NCBI GenBank assembly: GCA_963615835.1
Contig: CAVEIF010000001.1
Location: forward strand, 7,466 to 71,465
Direction: 5' to 3'
Length of the DNA stretch: 64,000 bases
DNA from: Coprococcus eutactus
Lineage (GTDB): Bacteria > Bacteroidota > Bacteroidia > Bacteroidales > UBA932
Under the pieces are notes generated by a model, which was not told the DNA's origin, ran no database searches, and was given only the letters and a program-made list of their open reading frames with translations. The translations under genes were made by a program, and so were the position numbers. Below are positions 1 through 9,816 of the stretch, piece after piece; within the stretch, counting starts at the first letter, position 1, and each line of letters opens with the position of its first letter.

Positions 1-1
1 G

Positions 2-1561
2 ATGAACAGGGATTATTCTGCTGAAGCGGATGAAGCGGTGTCGGATTCCCATTATGGTTTCGGAGATTATAATCTGAAGATAGTGCATCTTTTCAGTCCT
101 GTGAGCAAGTTGTCTTTTTCCGCATATTACGGGCATGACTTCATGGTCGGAAAGAGTTCCTCGTCTTCCGTTACGGATGACGGGGAGAGATCGTCGTTTT
201 CGCTGAAGAGCCGTATGATATGGGGCAACGCCATGGCTTCCCTCAGATGGGACAGGACGTGGGAGGAGAAATCTCTGGCTACGGACAGCAAACTGTATTA
301 TACGCTCTATCGTTCCGACATAGGAATGAATCTGGACATGTATGAACGGAACAAGGACGAGGAGATGGGAATGGTGGAGATGACGGGCAGCCTTAACGAA
401 AAGGATTTTTCGCGCATTCATGACATAGGCGCCGCGTCAGACTGGTTTTACGACGCTTGGGAAGACCATCACGTGCGTTTCGGGTGCTCCGGTGTGGCGC
501 ACATATATGATCCGTTCCGCAGGATGGATATGACGGCGAGTGTAGGAGCCGTGCCGTACGTACAGGAGAACGCTTCCGCCGCTCTGCATTATCTCGGCGG
601 CGAAACGAGCCTATATGTGGAGGACGAGGTGTCCGTAGGAGAATGGCTTCAGGTCAATGTCGGGCTCAGGGACGCTCTTTTCATCGTCAAGGAAAGGTCG
701 TATAACAGAGTGGAGCCACGATTGGCAGTGAAAGCCGATATCAGTCCCGCGGTGTCCCTGAAAGGTTCTTATTCAAAGATGAACCAATTCTCCCATCTGG
801 TCTCTTCCCTGTATATAGACATTCCTACCAGCCTCTGGATGCCTTCCACTTCGTTGATAAAGCCAATGAGTGCGGATCAGGTCGTTCTGGGTGCTGTTTT
901 CAGCCCTTCCGAAAACTTGAAGCTGGATGTGGAGGGCTTTTATAAAAAGATGGAGCATCTGTATGAATATAACGGCACCAACACGCTGCTTCCAAGCCTG
1001 GACAAATGGGAGATAGACTATGTGGAAGGCCGCGGAAGGGCTTACGGCGTGGAACTTTCGGTGGAATACACGACAGAGAAGCTGCAGGCTAGCGCATATT
1101 ACACGCTTTCGAAAAACGAGCGCCTTTTCCCGACATATTATTACTCGTGGTATCCTGACCGGAACGACAATACGCACAAAATCAATCTCAGTGCCCTTTA
1201 CCGCTTTTCGCCGAAATTCGAAGTCTATGCCCACTGGACCTATCATACGGGGAACCGTTTCACGGCTGCAAGTCTGACGGTGTGGGATGAGTCCTATTCT
1301 TCGATGGTGCAGGACATTTTCGATATGCCCAACAATTACCGTCTTCCGGACTATCACAGACTGGACGTGGGTCTGAATTGGCATAAAAAACTGAGTAACG
1401 GGCATATCAGAACGCTTAACCTTAGTGTTTACAATGCCTATAACAGGCTGAACGCCATAGCGGGAGGATTGCAGACGGAGGATGACGGCAAAAAAGTGCA
1501 GGGAGTGGCGTACGGGATAATACCTATACTCCCGACATTCAGTTATATATGGAAGTTTTAA
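2..1561 (+). CDS. TonB-dependent outer-membrane receptor, C-terminal beta-barrel part (5' truncated by window edge)
   Basis: Alternating beta-strand pattern, 'EPRL', 'G+GRAYGVEL', 'YRLPDYHRLD', 'SVYNAYNR' and terminal aromatic 'FSYIWKF'; followed by a DUF4249-like gene, a usual pairing. Confidence 0.9.
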   Translation: MNRDYSAEADEAVSDSHYGFGDYNLKIVHLFSPVSKLSFSAYYGHDFMVGKSSSSSVTDDGERSSFSLKSRMIWGNAMASLRWDRTWEEKSLATDSKLYYTLYRSDIGMNLDMYERNKDEEMGMVEMTGSLNEKDFSRIHDIGAASDWFYDAWEDHHVRFGCSGVAHIYDPFRRMDMTASVGAVPYVQENASAALHYLGGETSLYVEDEVSVGEWLQVNVGLRDALFIVKERSYNRVEPRLAVKADISPAVSLKGSYSKMNQFSHLVSSLYIDIPTSLWMPSTSLIKPMSADQVVLGAVFSPSENLKLDVEGFYKKMEHLYEYNGTNTLLPSLDKWEIDYVEGRGRAYGVELSVEYTTEKLQASAYYTLSKNERLFPTYYYSWYPDRNDNTHKINLSALYRFSPKFEVYAHWTYHTGNRFTAASLTVWDESYSSMVQDIFDMPNNYRLPDYHRLDVGLNWHKKLSNGHIRTLNLSVYNAYNRLNAIAGGLQTEDDGKKVQGVAYGIIPILPTFSYIWKF

Positions 1562-1563
1562 AG

Positions 1564-2475
1564 ATGGAAATGAATAAGATGCTGTTAGGAGCGGTGATGC
1601 TCTCCGTCGTTTCATCATGTGAATACAAATTCGACGTGACTTCTCCCGTAAAGGAACCGAGAATGGTGATGGAGGGGATAATAGGACTGGACGGTACGGA
1701 TTATATTAAACTGATGAAAGCGGTTCCTGTGGGCGGTGAACCGCAGGATTGGCGGTCTTTTACGGTGAAGGACATACATCTTAGCTCAAACGGGGAGGAA
1801 CTTTCTCCGGAATGGGACGATGTAAGGACGTGCTATGTCTTGACAGACAAGGTGAAAGCGGGAAGCAAGCTGACTTTCAGTCTGTCCACCGTCTCCGAGC
1901 CCGAGATAAGCGCCGCTACTGTGATGCCGTCTCCGGTGATGCCGGAATGGACATACACGGTTGTGGACGACGAACTTCATTGGAAGATGCGACTGCCTGA
2001 AGATGCGTCCGGGGACAGGAAATTCGCCCTCATGAGCGAGTACTCCTACCTTTATGAACTTGAAGACGAAACTCCGGTGGAGAGGTGGTCGAGATGTACG
2101 ATAAATCCGGAAAATGTCAGCGGCGCCGACGGAGCGGCCGTCATGTTTTCAGCCTTAAGACAAATAACTTACCGCACTTGTGGAGAATGGGATTACGACC
2201 TTACGCTTCTTCGGGAGGCGGAACTTACGGACGGGGTGTTTTATTTCATCACCACTTATAACCCGGAGTCAAAATACAAGATGATTCTGCTTAATCTTTC
2301 CGAGCAGGCGTATGGCTACTTTAACGCGTTGTATAACCAGGACAATAACTTTCTCGGCAGATTAGGTTTCAGCCCTGCCAATTTCGCCTACACTAACGTA
2401 AGCGGCGGATATGGAGTGTTCGGCGCTGTCAGCAGGACAGAGACTTTGATAGACCTGAACACCTCGTCTGATTAG
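1564..2475 (+). CDS. DUF4249-family lipoprotein
   Basis: Lipobox VSSC; C-terminal 'YTNVSGGYGVFGA' typical of DUF4249; adjacent to TBDR; start could be 1564 or 1570. Confidence 0.75.
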   Translation: MEMNKMLLGAVMLSVVSSCEYKFDVTSPVKEPRMVMEGIIGLDGTDYIKLMKAVPVGGEPQDWRSFTVKDIHLSSNGEELSPEWDDVRTCYVLTDKVKAGSKLTFSLSTVSEPEISAATVMPSPVMPEWTYTVVDDELHWKMRLPEDASGDRKFALMSEYSYLYELEDETPVERWSRCTINPENVSGADGAAVMFSALRQITYRTCGEWDYDLTLLREAELTDGVFYFITTYNPESKYKMILLNLSEQAYGYFNALYNQDNNFLGRLGFSPANFAYTNVSGGYGVFGAVSRTETLIDLNTSSD

Positions 2476-2492
2476 GGGGGGAGGGTGACTTA

Positions 2493-2918
2493 TTATTTCT
2501 CTCTGTACCAGTCCATTGTGCGGCCGAAGAGTCCTTTTTTATCAAGAGAGCCCTTGACTTTCAGAATGTCCCCTTTTACGGTTACGGAGCAGAAATAGGT
2601 CTTACCGTTACCCGGGTCGTAGATCTTGCCGTTTACATACTGGTCCCCTTTCTTTTCGAGAGAATCAAGCATGTCAAGGCCTAAGATATAACGGGAATGC
2701 AGGTTTTTGTCCGGGTTGAGAATGTCTCTGGCAGGAGTGCCGTCCGGCATATCCGGCTCCGCGAGCCATACGATACGTCCGTTATAGTGTTCACCGTTTT
2801 TATAAATTTCCACGATGGCGCTTCCGTCATCGAGTTTCCATTTGCCTAAAATATCCTGGGCGTGAGCCCCTGTGAGGAACATTGCGAAAAAAAGGAAGCA
2901 GAAAAGGATTCGTTTCAT
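2493..2918 (-). CDS. DUF2147 family secreted protein
   Basis: Signal peptide (MKRILF..AHA), 'ILGKW', 'GRIVWL', 'GKIYDPGNGKTY'; start moved to ATG 2918 because the longer ORF overlaps the tRNA. Confidence 0.85.
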   Translation of the reverse strand: MKRILFCFLFFAMFLTGAHAQDILGKWKLDDGSAIVEIYKNGEHYNGRIVWLAEPDMPDGTPARDILNPDKNLHSRYILGLDMLDSLEKKGDQYVNGKIYDPGNGKTYFCSVTVKGDILKVKGSLDKKGLFGRTMDWYREK

Positions 2919-2956
2919 AAAATAATGGTTTTCTGTCAAGTAATTGGAAAATAAGG

Positions 2957-3041
2957 TGCCTCGGACGAGACTCGAACTCGTACAGCCATTTCTGGCCAAG
3001 GGATTTTAAGTCCCTCGTGTCTACCATTCCACCACCAAGGC
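2957..3041 (-). tRNA. tRNA-Leu (anticodon TAA), class II with long variable arm
   Basis: Reverse complement GCCTTGGTGGTGGAATGGTAGACACGAGGGACTTAAAATCCCTTGGCCAGAAATGGCTGTACGAGTTCGAGTCTCGTCCGAGGCA folds as a cloverleaf; CCA not encoded. Confidence 0.97.
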
Positions 3042-3055
3042 AAGCCAAAGAGTTG

Positions 3056-3063
3056 CAAATATA
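3056..3063 (-). promoter_or_regulatory. Bacteroidota -7 promoter element (TATATTTG) for tRNA-Leu
   Basis: Exact TAnnTTTG match 15 nt upstream of the tRNA. Confidence 0.7.
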
Positions 3064-4335
3064 CTAAAAATATCTCTTTTCGTGTTTGACGAGACTGAGA
3101 AAGATGAAAAGCATCACCGTAAAGGAGAGAAGGGACGTGCCTCCGTAGCTGATGAACGGAAGCGGAATGCCTATGACGGGCATCAGGCCTATGGTCATGC
3201 CAATGTTGATGAAAAAGTGCATGAAGAAGCACGAGGCTATGCAGTAGCCGTAGATGCGGTTGAACGGGTCTCTGCATTCTTCGGCCACCTTCAGAATTCT
3301 GTATAGGAAGACGGCGAAGACGGCGATCACGATAAAGCACCCGACAAATCCCCATTCTTCTCCTATGGTGCAGAATATGAAATCCGTACTCTGTTCCGGA
3401 ACAAATCCGTAGGTGGTCTGCGTACCGCTTAGAAAACCTTTTCCTTTAAGACCTCCCGAACCTATGGCTATCATGGACTGGTTTACATTATACCCCGCTC
3501 CTGACAGGTCGTCTTTGATGCCCAGAAGCACTTCCACTCTCTGTCTCTGGTGAGGTTTCAGTATGTGGTTGACCGCCAGGTCTGAACAGAGGATGGTAAC
3601 CGTGCCTGTCGCGGCTATCATAAGGGACAGGACGCGAAGCTGTCTTCTTGCGGAAAAGGAATTTTTGACGGATTTGCGGGTTAGCAGATAGTAGGTGAGT
3701 GTTCCTGCGGCCAATACGGCGAAAGCCACCCAGAGAGGGTATTTCAGTGAGAGCACGAAGAGACAGATGACCATAAGCAGCAGCAGTATCCACCATCCGG
3801 ACAGGCCTTCGCGGTAAAGGACGAATATATATCCGGTATAGATGAGTACCGTCCCAGTCTCTTTTTCGGCCAAAATCAGAAGAGCGGGCAGCCCTATGAT
3901 GGACAGGGCTATAAGCAGGTCTTTAATCTTCGAGGTGCTGAATTTGGCGTATCTCAGGAAATGGGCCAACAGCAGGGACGTGCAGATCTTGGAGATTTCG
4001 CATGGCTGAAAGCTGACGGGCCCCAGTTTGAACCATGATTTGGAGCCGTTGATCTCCGTCCCGAATATTATGGTCAGCAGCAGAAGAAACAGGACGAGCG
4101 CGTAGGCGGGTGTGGAGATGACTTCCCACAGGTAGGGTTTGATGAGAAAGAGGATGACAAGTCCCGCGATGAGGGAGATTCCTATCCAAAGCAGCTGTTT
4201 TCCTGCGCGCGAGTGTATGTCGGTGATGGGGAGGGCGCCTTCCGCGGAGTGTCCGGCCGAATAGATGCTTATCCAGCCTATCAGGACCAGAAGCAGGTAG
4301 CAGACGATGATTTTCCAGTCCAGTTTTGGTTTCAT
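3064..4335 (-). CDS. rodA: Rod shape-determining protein RodA (SEDS glycosyltransferase)
   Basis: 'GSKSWF..GPVSFQPCE', 'GYNVNQSMIAIGSGG', 'PEQSTDFIF', 'GIPLPFISYGG'; start MKPKLDW overlaps the mrdA stop. Confidence 0.95.
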   Translation of the reverse strand: MKPKLDWKIIVCYLLLVLIGWISIYSAGHSAEGALPITDIHSRAGKQLLWIGISLIAGLVILFLIKPYLWEVISTPAYALVLFLLLLTIIFGTEINGSKSWFKLGPVSFQPCEISKICTSLLLAHFLRYAKFSTSKIKDLLIALSIIGLPALLILAEKETGTVLIYTGYIFVLYREGLSGWWILLLLMVICLFVLSLKYPLWVAFAVLAAGTLTYYLLTRKSVKNSFSARRQLRVLSLMIAATGTVTILCSDLAVNHILKPHQRQRVEVLLGIKDDLSGAGYNVNQSMIAIGSGGLKGKGFLSGTQTTYGFVPEQSTDFIFCTIGEEWGFVGCFIVIAVFAVFLYRILKVAEECRDPFNRIYGYCIASCFFMHFFINIGMTIGLMPVIGIPLPFISYGGTSLLSFTVMLFIFLSLVKHEKRYF

Positions 4336-6197
4336 ATGTTGTCGGTGCCGTTTTTGGGGTTTACTTCCACGTTCATCAGGTCGGCGGAGGATACGTAGTT
4401 TTCCATCCATTTGCGCTGCTTGCTGATGTCTCCGCATAAGTAGCGTTCTATCATAAGGGAGGCCATAGGGCAGGCCCAGCGTGCGCCGAAGCCGGCGTTT
4501 TCGATATAGGCGAGGACGGCGATCTGTGGATTTTCGCGTGGAGCGAAGCAGATGAAGACGGAATGGTCGGCACCGTGCGGGTTCTCGGCTGTGCCGGTCT
4601 TCCCGCACACATCGAGTCCCTCGATGGCGGCGAGAGCCGCGGTGCCGCCCGCCGCCGTCCCCGCGTTCACGGCCTCCCACATCCCCTCGATAACATGCTC
4701 GAAATTAAGCGAATCCACCATGGTGTAATGCCTTTGGCGGTACTTGTCGTCCATCTTTACCTTTTCGCTGTCCTTAATGATGTGCGGCGTTATGTAGTAC
4801 CCTCTGTTCGCCACCGTAGCGCACAGGTTGGCAAGCTGTATGGGAGTGGCCCCTATCTCGCCCTGTCCTATGGAGAGAGACACTATGGACGGAAATTTCC
4901 ACCACCCCTTCCCGTATATCCTGTCATAAAATTCGCTTTTCGGAATGGTGCCCCCCGACTCGTTCTGAATGTCGCATCCCAAGGGCGATCCGAAACCGAA
5001 GCTCGTAACATACTCCCTCCACGCGTCAAAGGCCCCGCTTATGGACTCGTACTTCGGATTCTCCAGAATATCCTTGAAAACATAGCAGAAATAGGCATTG
5101 CAGGACATCATCACGGCCTGAGTGAAATCTATGGGAGAACGATGACGGTGACAGGCCAGTTTCCGCGTCGAAGTATAGTAGAACCCCCTGTCGCACGGAT
5201 GCATGTCGTGAACGTCAACGACCCCTTCCTGAAGGCCTATCATGCCATTCACGAGCTTGAACACGGACCCCGGAGGATAGACGGCCTGCACAGGACGGTT
5301 AAAAAGCGGTTTGTAAGGGTCTTGGCTCAACTCCTTGTATCTTTTGCCCATGTTCGACAGGTCCGACACGTCTATTCCGGGACTTGACACCATCGCAAGT
5401 ATCTCGCCCGTGGACGGTTCTATGGCTATGAGACTCCCCCTCTTGTTCTGCATAAGAAACTGTCCGTATTGTTGCAGGGCGGCATCTATCGTCGTGGTGA
5501 TGTCGTTGCCCTTTATGGCAGGGAGGTCGTCCTCTCCGCCGTTGTACGAGGTCAGTATGCGGTTATGGGAGTTCCTCAGATAGATGTTATATCCGTTTCT
5601 GCCCTTGAGGTCGTCTTCGCGTATGGCCTCCAGTCCTGTAATCCCGGCATAATCTCCGCTTTTGTATTCCGGATGCCGGGCGATATAGTCTTCATCCACT
5701 TCTCCTATGTATCCGAGAAGGTTGCCCCCGGCGTTATATGGATAATCGCGCGCATTGCGCTCCCTTATGTGAAAACCGGGGAACCAATACTGCATTTCGG
5801 TAAAATTGGCATATGTCCTGCTGTCCACATCAGGAAGAAAGACAAGCGTCTTATACCCTATCCGAGAGCGGTATGTGCGGTAATATTGGAGTTTGTCCAA
5901 AAGATATTCCTTCTCTATCCCCAGCAGGGAGCAGAGAGCCATGGTGTCCAGGTCCTTGATCTCGCGAGGGGTTACCATCACGTCGTAACTGCTCTTGTTC
6001 CCCACCAGAATCTGCCCGTTTCTGTCATAGATGATGCCGCGTGGGGCCAGGATGGTCGTCTTTACGATGGAGTTGTTGAGGGCGTCGGTCTTGTAGCGGT
6101 CATCTATCACCTGGATGTAAAACAGACGTGCGAGCAGGACAAACACTCCCAGTCCAAGGCCTATCAGAATTTTCAGGTATCTGTTGGAGGAATCCAT
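4332..6197 (-). CDS. mrdA: Penicillin-binding protein 2
   Basis: N-terminal TM, 'RGIIYDRNG', SxxK (GSVFK), SCN, KTGT; within the mre operon. Confidence 0.95.
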   Translation of the reverse strand: MDSSNRYLKILIGLGLGVFVLLARLFYIQVIDDRYKTDALNNSIVKTTILAPRGIIYDRNGQILVGNKSSYDVMVTPREIKDLDTMALCSLLGIEKEYLLDKLQYYRTYRSRIGYKTLVFLPDVDSRTYANFTEMQYWFPGFHIRERNARDYPYNAGGNLLGYIGEVDEDYIARHPEYKSGDYAGITGLEAIREDDLKGRNGYNIYLRNSHNRILTSYNGGEDDLPAIKGNDITTTIDAALQQYGQFLMQNKRGSLIAIEPSTGEILAMVSSPGIDVSDLSNMGKRYKELSQDPYKPLFNRPVQAVYPPGSVFKLVNGMIGLQEGVVDVHDMHPCDRGFYYTSTRKLACHRHRSPIDFTQAVMMSCNAYFCYVFKDILENPKYESISGAFDAWREYVTSFGFGSPLGCDIQNESGGTIPKSEFYDRIYGKGWWKFPSIVSLSIGQGEIGATPIQLANLCATVANRGYYITPHIIKDSEKVKMDDKYRQRHYTMVDSLNFEHVIEGMWEAVNAGTAAGGTAALAAIEGLDVCGKTGTAENPHGADHSVFICFAPRENPQIAVLAYIENAGFGARWACPMASLMIERYLCGDISKQRKWMENYVSSADLMNVEVNPKNGTDNI

Positions 6198-6200
6198 AGG

Positions 6201-6701
6201 CTATCGAAGGATGACGGATTTGGTCAGGGCACAAAGGGCGGTGCTGCATGCGGTGGAATAGAACCACTTCAGAAGCAGAACGTCCAAAGCGACGGTCCCG
6301 GCGCTGTCTATCCAGCAGTATATCAGAAAATATACTCCGCATAAGATTCCGAGGGACAGGAACATCTCTTTCGAAAATCTTTCTTCTTCTATGAAGTTCT
6401 CGTCGGTAACGGAAAGACCCTTCGTATAGATGAGATGAATCGCGGCCGGTCTCAGCATCACGCATACGAGAAGTGCACAGCTGGTGATTCCCACCACTCC
6501 GCTGGACGTGAAGTCTATGACCAGACCTATGAGAAAGGCTGATATCAGGTAAATGATTTTCTGCTGTTTGCCCGGAAGACAGAACACGGAAAGCGGCAGA
6601 AGACTTATGTAAAGCAGCTGGGAAATGTCGAGAAAGTTATTGATTAACACTTGAATAAAGCAGAATGCGACGATATAGACAAAGATGAATTTTCTGTTCA
6701 T
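6201..6701 (-). CDS. mreD: Rod shape-determining protein MreD (putative)
   Basis: Hydrophobic 166-aa multi-TM protein between mreC and mrdA, 'AFLIGLVIDF'. Confidence 0.8.
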   Translation of the reverse strand: MNRKFIFVYIVAFCFIQVLINNFLDISQLLYISLLPLSVFCLPGKQQKIIYLISAFLIGLVIDFTSSGVVGITSCALLVCVMLRPAAIHLIYTKGLSVTDENFIEEERFSKEMFLSLGILCGVYFLIYCWIDSAGTVALDVLLLKWFYSTACSTALCALTKSVILR

Positions 6702-7522
6702 AGCAGTTCTCCTTCTTTTTCAAGTTCTGTAATCTCTTCGTGATGTACGGCTTTGAGCACATACACGAAATCCAGCGATGTGAAATCCTGGAAAAGTCTC
6801 ACCTGTACTTCTTTGGACGCTCCGTTGTGTATTTTCTCTCCGACTACGGTTCCGAGCGGCATTCCCGAAGGAAAAAGGTCGGAGTATCCGCTTGTCCATA
6901 CCGTATCGAGAGGCGTGATTTTTTCGTGAAGCGGGATCGGCTTCAGAACGGCCATGTCGGCGTGGATGCCGTCCCACGAAAGGGAGCCTATCAGAGAGCC
7001 GTGTCCAAGCCGCGCGCTGATGGTCGTCTGCGAATTCTGTAGGGTTCGTCCGTAGGCCATATGCTTGGATACCAGATCGGTAACTCCCACTACTCCTTTC
7101 GACGTCACCACCCCGCAGTGCGGATATACTCCGTCTTCGCTCCCTTTGTTGATGATGAAGTAGTTCTTCTGCGTGTTGGTGCTGACTTTGATTATCTGTG
7201 CCAATTGGCATTCATAGTTAGGGTCAAAGGTCCCGACGGAGTCTATAAGCGCTTTCCGCTCAAGTACTTTATACCGCTGAAGTTCTTCCCATAGAAGGGA
7301 GTTTTCCTTATTCAGTTGTTCATTTTTCGCGGAAAGCAGGAAATAGGATTTAGTCTTCTGTTCTCCTGCCCACAGAAAACTTTTCACCTTATATGAAAAA
7401 CTGTTGATCCATACGCTTTGATAAGAATTGGAAGCACCTACAATAGCGATGGCAGCGGCCTCCAAGACGATGAAGGTCGCTGCTGTCCATAGACGTTTTG
7501 CTGTTTTGCGTGGCACTCCCAT
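6698..7522 (-). CDS. mreC: Rod shape-determining protein MreC
   Basis: TM plus coiled coil, 'INKGSEDGV', 'TSGYSDLFPSGMPLG'; follows mreB. Confidence 0.93.
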   Translation of the reverse strand: MGVPRKTAKRLWTAATFIVLEAAAIAIVGASNSYQSVWINSFSYKVKSFLWAGEQKTKSYFLLSAKNEQLNKENSLLWEELQRYKVLERKALIDSVGTFDPNYECQLAQIIKVSTNTQKNYFIINKGSEDGVYPHCGVVTSKGVVGVTDLVSKHMAYGRTLQNSQTTISARLGHGSLIGSLSWDGIHADMAVLKPIPLHEKITPLDTVWTSGYSDLFPSGMPLGTVVGEKIHNGASKEVQVRLFQDFTSLDFVYVLKAVHHEEITELEKEGELL

Positions 7523-7530
7523 AGTGGCGG

Positions 7531-8553
7531 CTAACGCATGAGGAATTTATATCTGTCGGTATTCTTGATGGCCTTGCAGGTGCCTCTTGCCACGGCGTGG
7601 AGCGGATCTTCGGCCACTATGAATTTGATGTTGACCTTTTCTGAAAGTCTTTTGGCGAGTCCTCTGAGAAGGGCGCCGCCGCCTGAAAGGTATATTCCGT
7701 TCTCTATGATGTCCGAGTAGAGTTCCGGAGGTGTCATTTCAAGCACGTGCATGATGGAGGTCTCGATCTTGGCTATGCTTTTGTCCAGACAGTGGGCGAT
7801 CTCCTGGTAAGTGATGGTGGCCTCCACCGGATGAGCAGTCATGATATTCGGTCCGTTGACTATGTATGGCTCCGGTTCTTCTTCCAATTCCGGAAGCACG
7901 GCGCCAACCGCCCATTTTATCTTCTCGGCCGTCACCTCCCCCACTTTTATGTTATGCTGCTGACGCAGATAGTATTGAATGTCAGAAGTGAACACGTCGC
8001 CTGCCACACGGATGCTGTCCTGCAGAACGAGTCCTCCAAGAGAGATTACGGCTATCTCCGTGGTTCCTCCGCCTATGTCCACCACCATGTGTCCCTTAGG
8101 CGCTTCCACGTCCAGTCCTATGCCCAATGCGGCCGCCATAGGCTCATAAATAAGATAGACATCCCTGCCTCCGGCGTGTTCTGTAGAGTCCCTGACGGCA
8201 CGTATCTCCACTTCCGTACTTCCGGAAGGAATGCCTATGACCACTTTAAGATTAGGAGTGAAGATGCTGCTTTTCTTATTGCTTACCTGGCGTATGAAAC
8301 CGCGTATCATCATCTCTGCGGCGTTGAAGTCCGCGATAACTCCGTCTTTGAGCGGTCTTATGGTTTTCAGCGTGGGGTTGATGCGTTCATGCATCTTTTT
8401 GGCCTCGCTTCCTATGGCGAGGCATTTGCCTGTGGCTATGTCCACTGCCACTATGCTTGGTTCATCGAGTACGATGACACCGTTCTGATATATGATAGTG
8501 TTCGCAGTTCCCAGGTCTATTGCCAATTCTTGGTTAAGAAATCCGAATGCCAT
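7531..8553 (-). CDS. mreB: Cell shape-determining actin-like protein MreB
   Basis: 'AIDLGTANT', 'RPLKDGVIADF', 'EPMAAALG', 'DIGGGTTE', 'GGGALLRG'. Confidence 0.98.
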   Translation of the reverse strand: MAFGFLNQELAIDLGTANTIIYQNGVIVLDEPSIVAVDIATGKCLAIGSEAKKMHERINPTLKTIRPLKDGVIADFNAAEMMIRGFIRQVSNKKSSIFTPNLKVVIGIPSGSTEVEIRAVRDSTEHAGGRDVYLIYEPMAAALGIGLDVEAPKGHMVVDIGGGTTEIAVISLGGLVLQDSIRVAGDVFTSDIQYYLRQQHNIKVGEVTAEKIKWAVGAVLPELEEEPEPYIVNGPNIMTAHPVEATITYQEIAHCLDKSIAKIETSIMHVLEMTPPELYSDIIENGIYLSGGGALLRGLAKRLSEKVNIKFIVAEDPLHAVARGTCKAIKNTDRYKFLMR

Positions 8554-8576
8554 TTTGTTTCATTTTAATGTATTCA

Positions 8577-8584
8577 CAAAAGTA
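8577..8584 (-). promoter_or_regulatory. -7 promoter element (TACTTTTG) for the mre operon
   Basis: TAnnTTTG match 24 nt upstream of the mreB ATG. Confidence 0.6.
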
Positions 8585-8656
8585 AACAAATTTGTTCGTA
8601 ATTTAGTAGCCGCTGATAATAAGAAGTTGAAGATTTGTGAAGATTTCTTGAGAAAC

Positions 8657-9352
8657 ATGGAAAGGAAAAAGATTTACGCTGTGTTCGTGGCCGGTGGGTC
8701 AGGGGTCAGAATGGGGAGCGCGACTCCCAAGCAATTCCTGGACTTGGCCGGAAAACCGGTTCTTCTTCGGACAGTGGAGCGGTTCGTGGAAGCGATAGAA
8801 GACGTCAACATCATCGTGGCTCTTCCCAAGGCACATTTCGACACATGGCGTAAAATCTGCCTTGATGCGAAATTCGATTATCCGCAGATGCTCGTAGAGG
8901 GCGGGGTCACGCGCTTCCATTCCGTAAAGAACGCTCTTGAGAAGGTGCCGGATGATGCGGCGGTCCTTGTCCACGACGGTGTGAGGCCCATGGTAAGTTC
9001 TTCTCTTATAAGAACTTTGACTGAAATGGCGGAAAAGGGACGTTGCGTTGTGCCGGTAACTCCGATAACGGATACGCTTAAGTCTCTTGTCCCCGCGGAG
9101 GAAGAAGGGGAGTGGAGGGAGAGCGGTGTCCCGGCCCCGGACCGGGGGTCTCTGTTCGGAGCGCAGACACCGCAGGCTTTTCCGGCCCACATAATTAAGA
9201 AGGCGTACGGGTGCGCCTATCAGGTAAGTTTTACCGACGATGCATCGGTGCTGAGCTATAATAAGATACCCCTCACCTATATCAAGGGAGAGAGGTATAA
9301 TGTAAAGATCACCACTCCGGAGGACCTTGAGTTCCTAAGAAAGGTTTATTAG
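8657..9352 (+). CDS. ispD: 2-C-methyl-D-erythritol 4-phosphate cytidylyltransferase
   Basis: 'AGGSGVRMG..PKQFL', 'VHDGVRP', 'QTPQAF', 'TDDAS', 'KITTPEDL'; start at MERKK. Confidence 0.93.
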   Translation: MERKKIYAVFVAGGSGVRMGSATPKQFLDLAGKPVLLRTVERFVEAIEDVNIIVALPKAHFDTWRKICLDAKFDYPQMLVEGGVTRFHSVKNALEKVPDDAAVLVHDGVRPMVSSSLIRTLTEMAEKGRCVVPVTPITDTLKSLVPAEEEGEWRESGVPAPDRGSLFGAQTPQAFPAHIIKKAYGCAYQVSFTDDASVLSYNKIPLTYIKGERYNVKITTPEDLEFLRKVY

Positions 9353-9816
9353 TCCTTGCGTACCCAGATCTGGCGTTTGACCGGTTCGTCCAGAGACACC
9401 ATCGTCTCGGTTGACTGTACATAGGGAATCTCCTGTATGGTGTTCAGGGCTACCTCCATGAGATGGGTGTTGTCCCGGCAGTAGAGTTTGACCAGAAGGG
9501 CGCTGCGGCCGGTGATGAAATGGCACTCCACTATCTCCGGAATCTTCTTCAGCGCCGAGATGACTTCCTTATATTTATTGTTCTCCGTAAGGTTCAGGAA
9601 CATGAAGGCGCAGATGGTGTAGCCTATGCTGGAAGGCTTGATGAGAGTCGATGAGCCGTATATTATGCCCATGTCTTCAAGTTTGCGGACTCTCTGATGT
9701 ATGGCGGCCCCGGATACTCCGCAGTCGCGGGCTATCTCGAGATAGGGTTTTCTCGCATCATTGATCAGTTCCGAGAGGATGGTCCTGTCCATCTCGTCCA
9801 GTTTGTAGTGTTCCAT
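9349..9816 (-). CDS. Lrp/AsnC family transcriptional regulator
   Basis: 'LDEMDRTIL..L..DAR..Y.EIA...GVS.AAIHQRV.KL...GII' HTH plus RAM domain. Confidence 0.93.
   Translation of the reverse strand: MEHYKLDEMDRTILSELINDARKPYLEIARDCGVSGAAIHQRVRKLEDMGIIYGSSTLIKPSSIGYTICAFMFLNLTENNKYKEVISALKKIPEIVECHFITGRSALLVKLYCRDNTHLMEVALNTIQEIPYVQSTETMVSLDEPVKRQIWVRKD

Noticed and set aside
2475..2485. G-rich tract GGGGGGGAGGG as a phase-variation or G-quadruplex site
   Set aside because: Lies between two convergent stop codons, so slippage changes nothing, and there are too few G runs for a quadruplex
2827..3048. 73-aa ORF and the N-terminal extension of the DUF2147 ORF
   Set aside because: Both run through the tRNA-Leu gene and are translation artefacts
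4336..4680. 115-aa Arg-rich N-terminal extension of RodA in the ORF track
   Set aside because: Overlaps mrdA in another frame; the ATG at 4335 gives a normal RodA coupled to the mrdA stop
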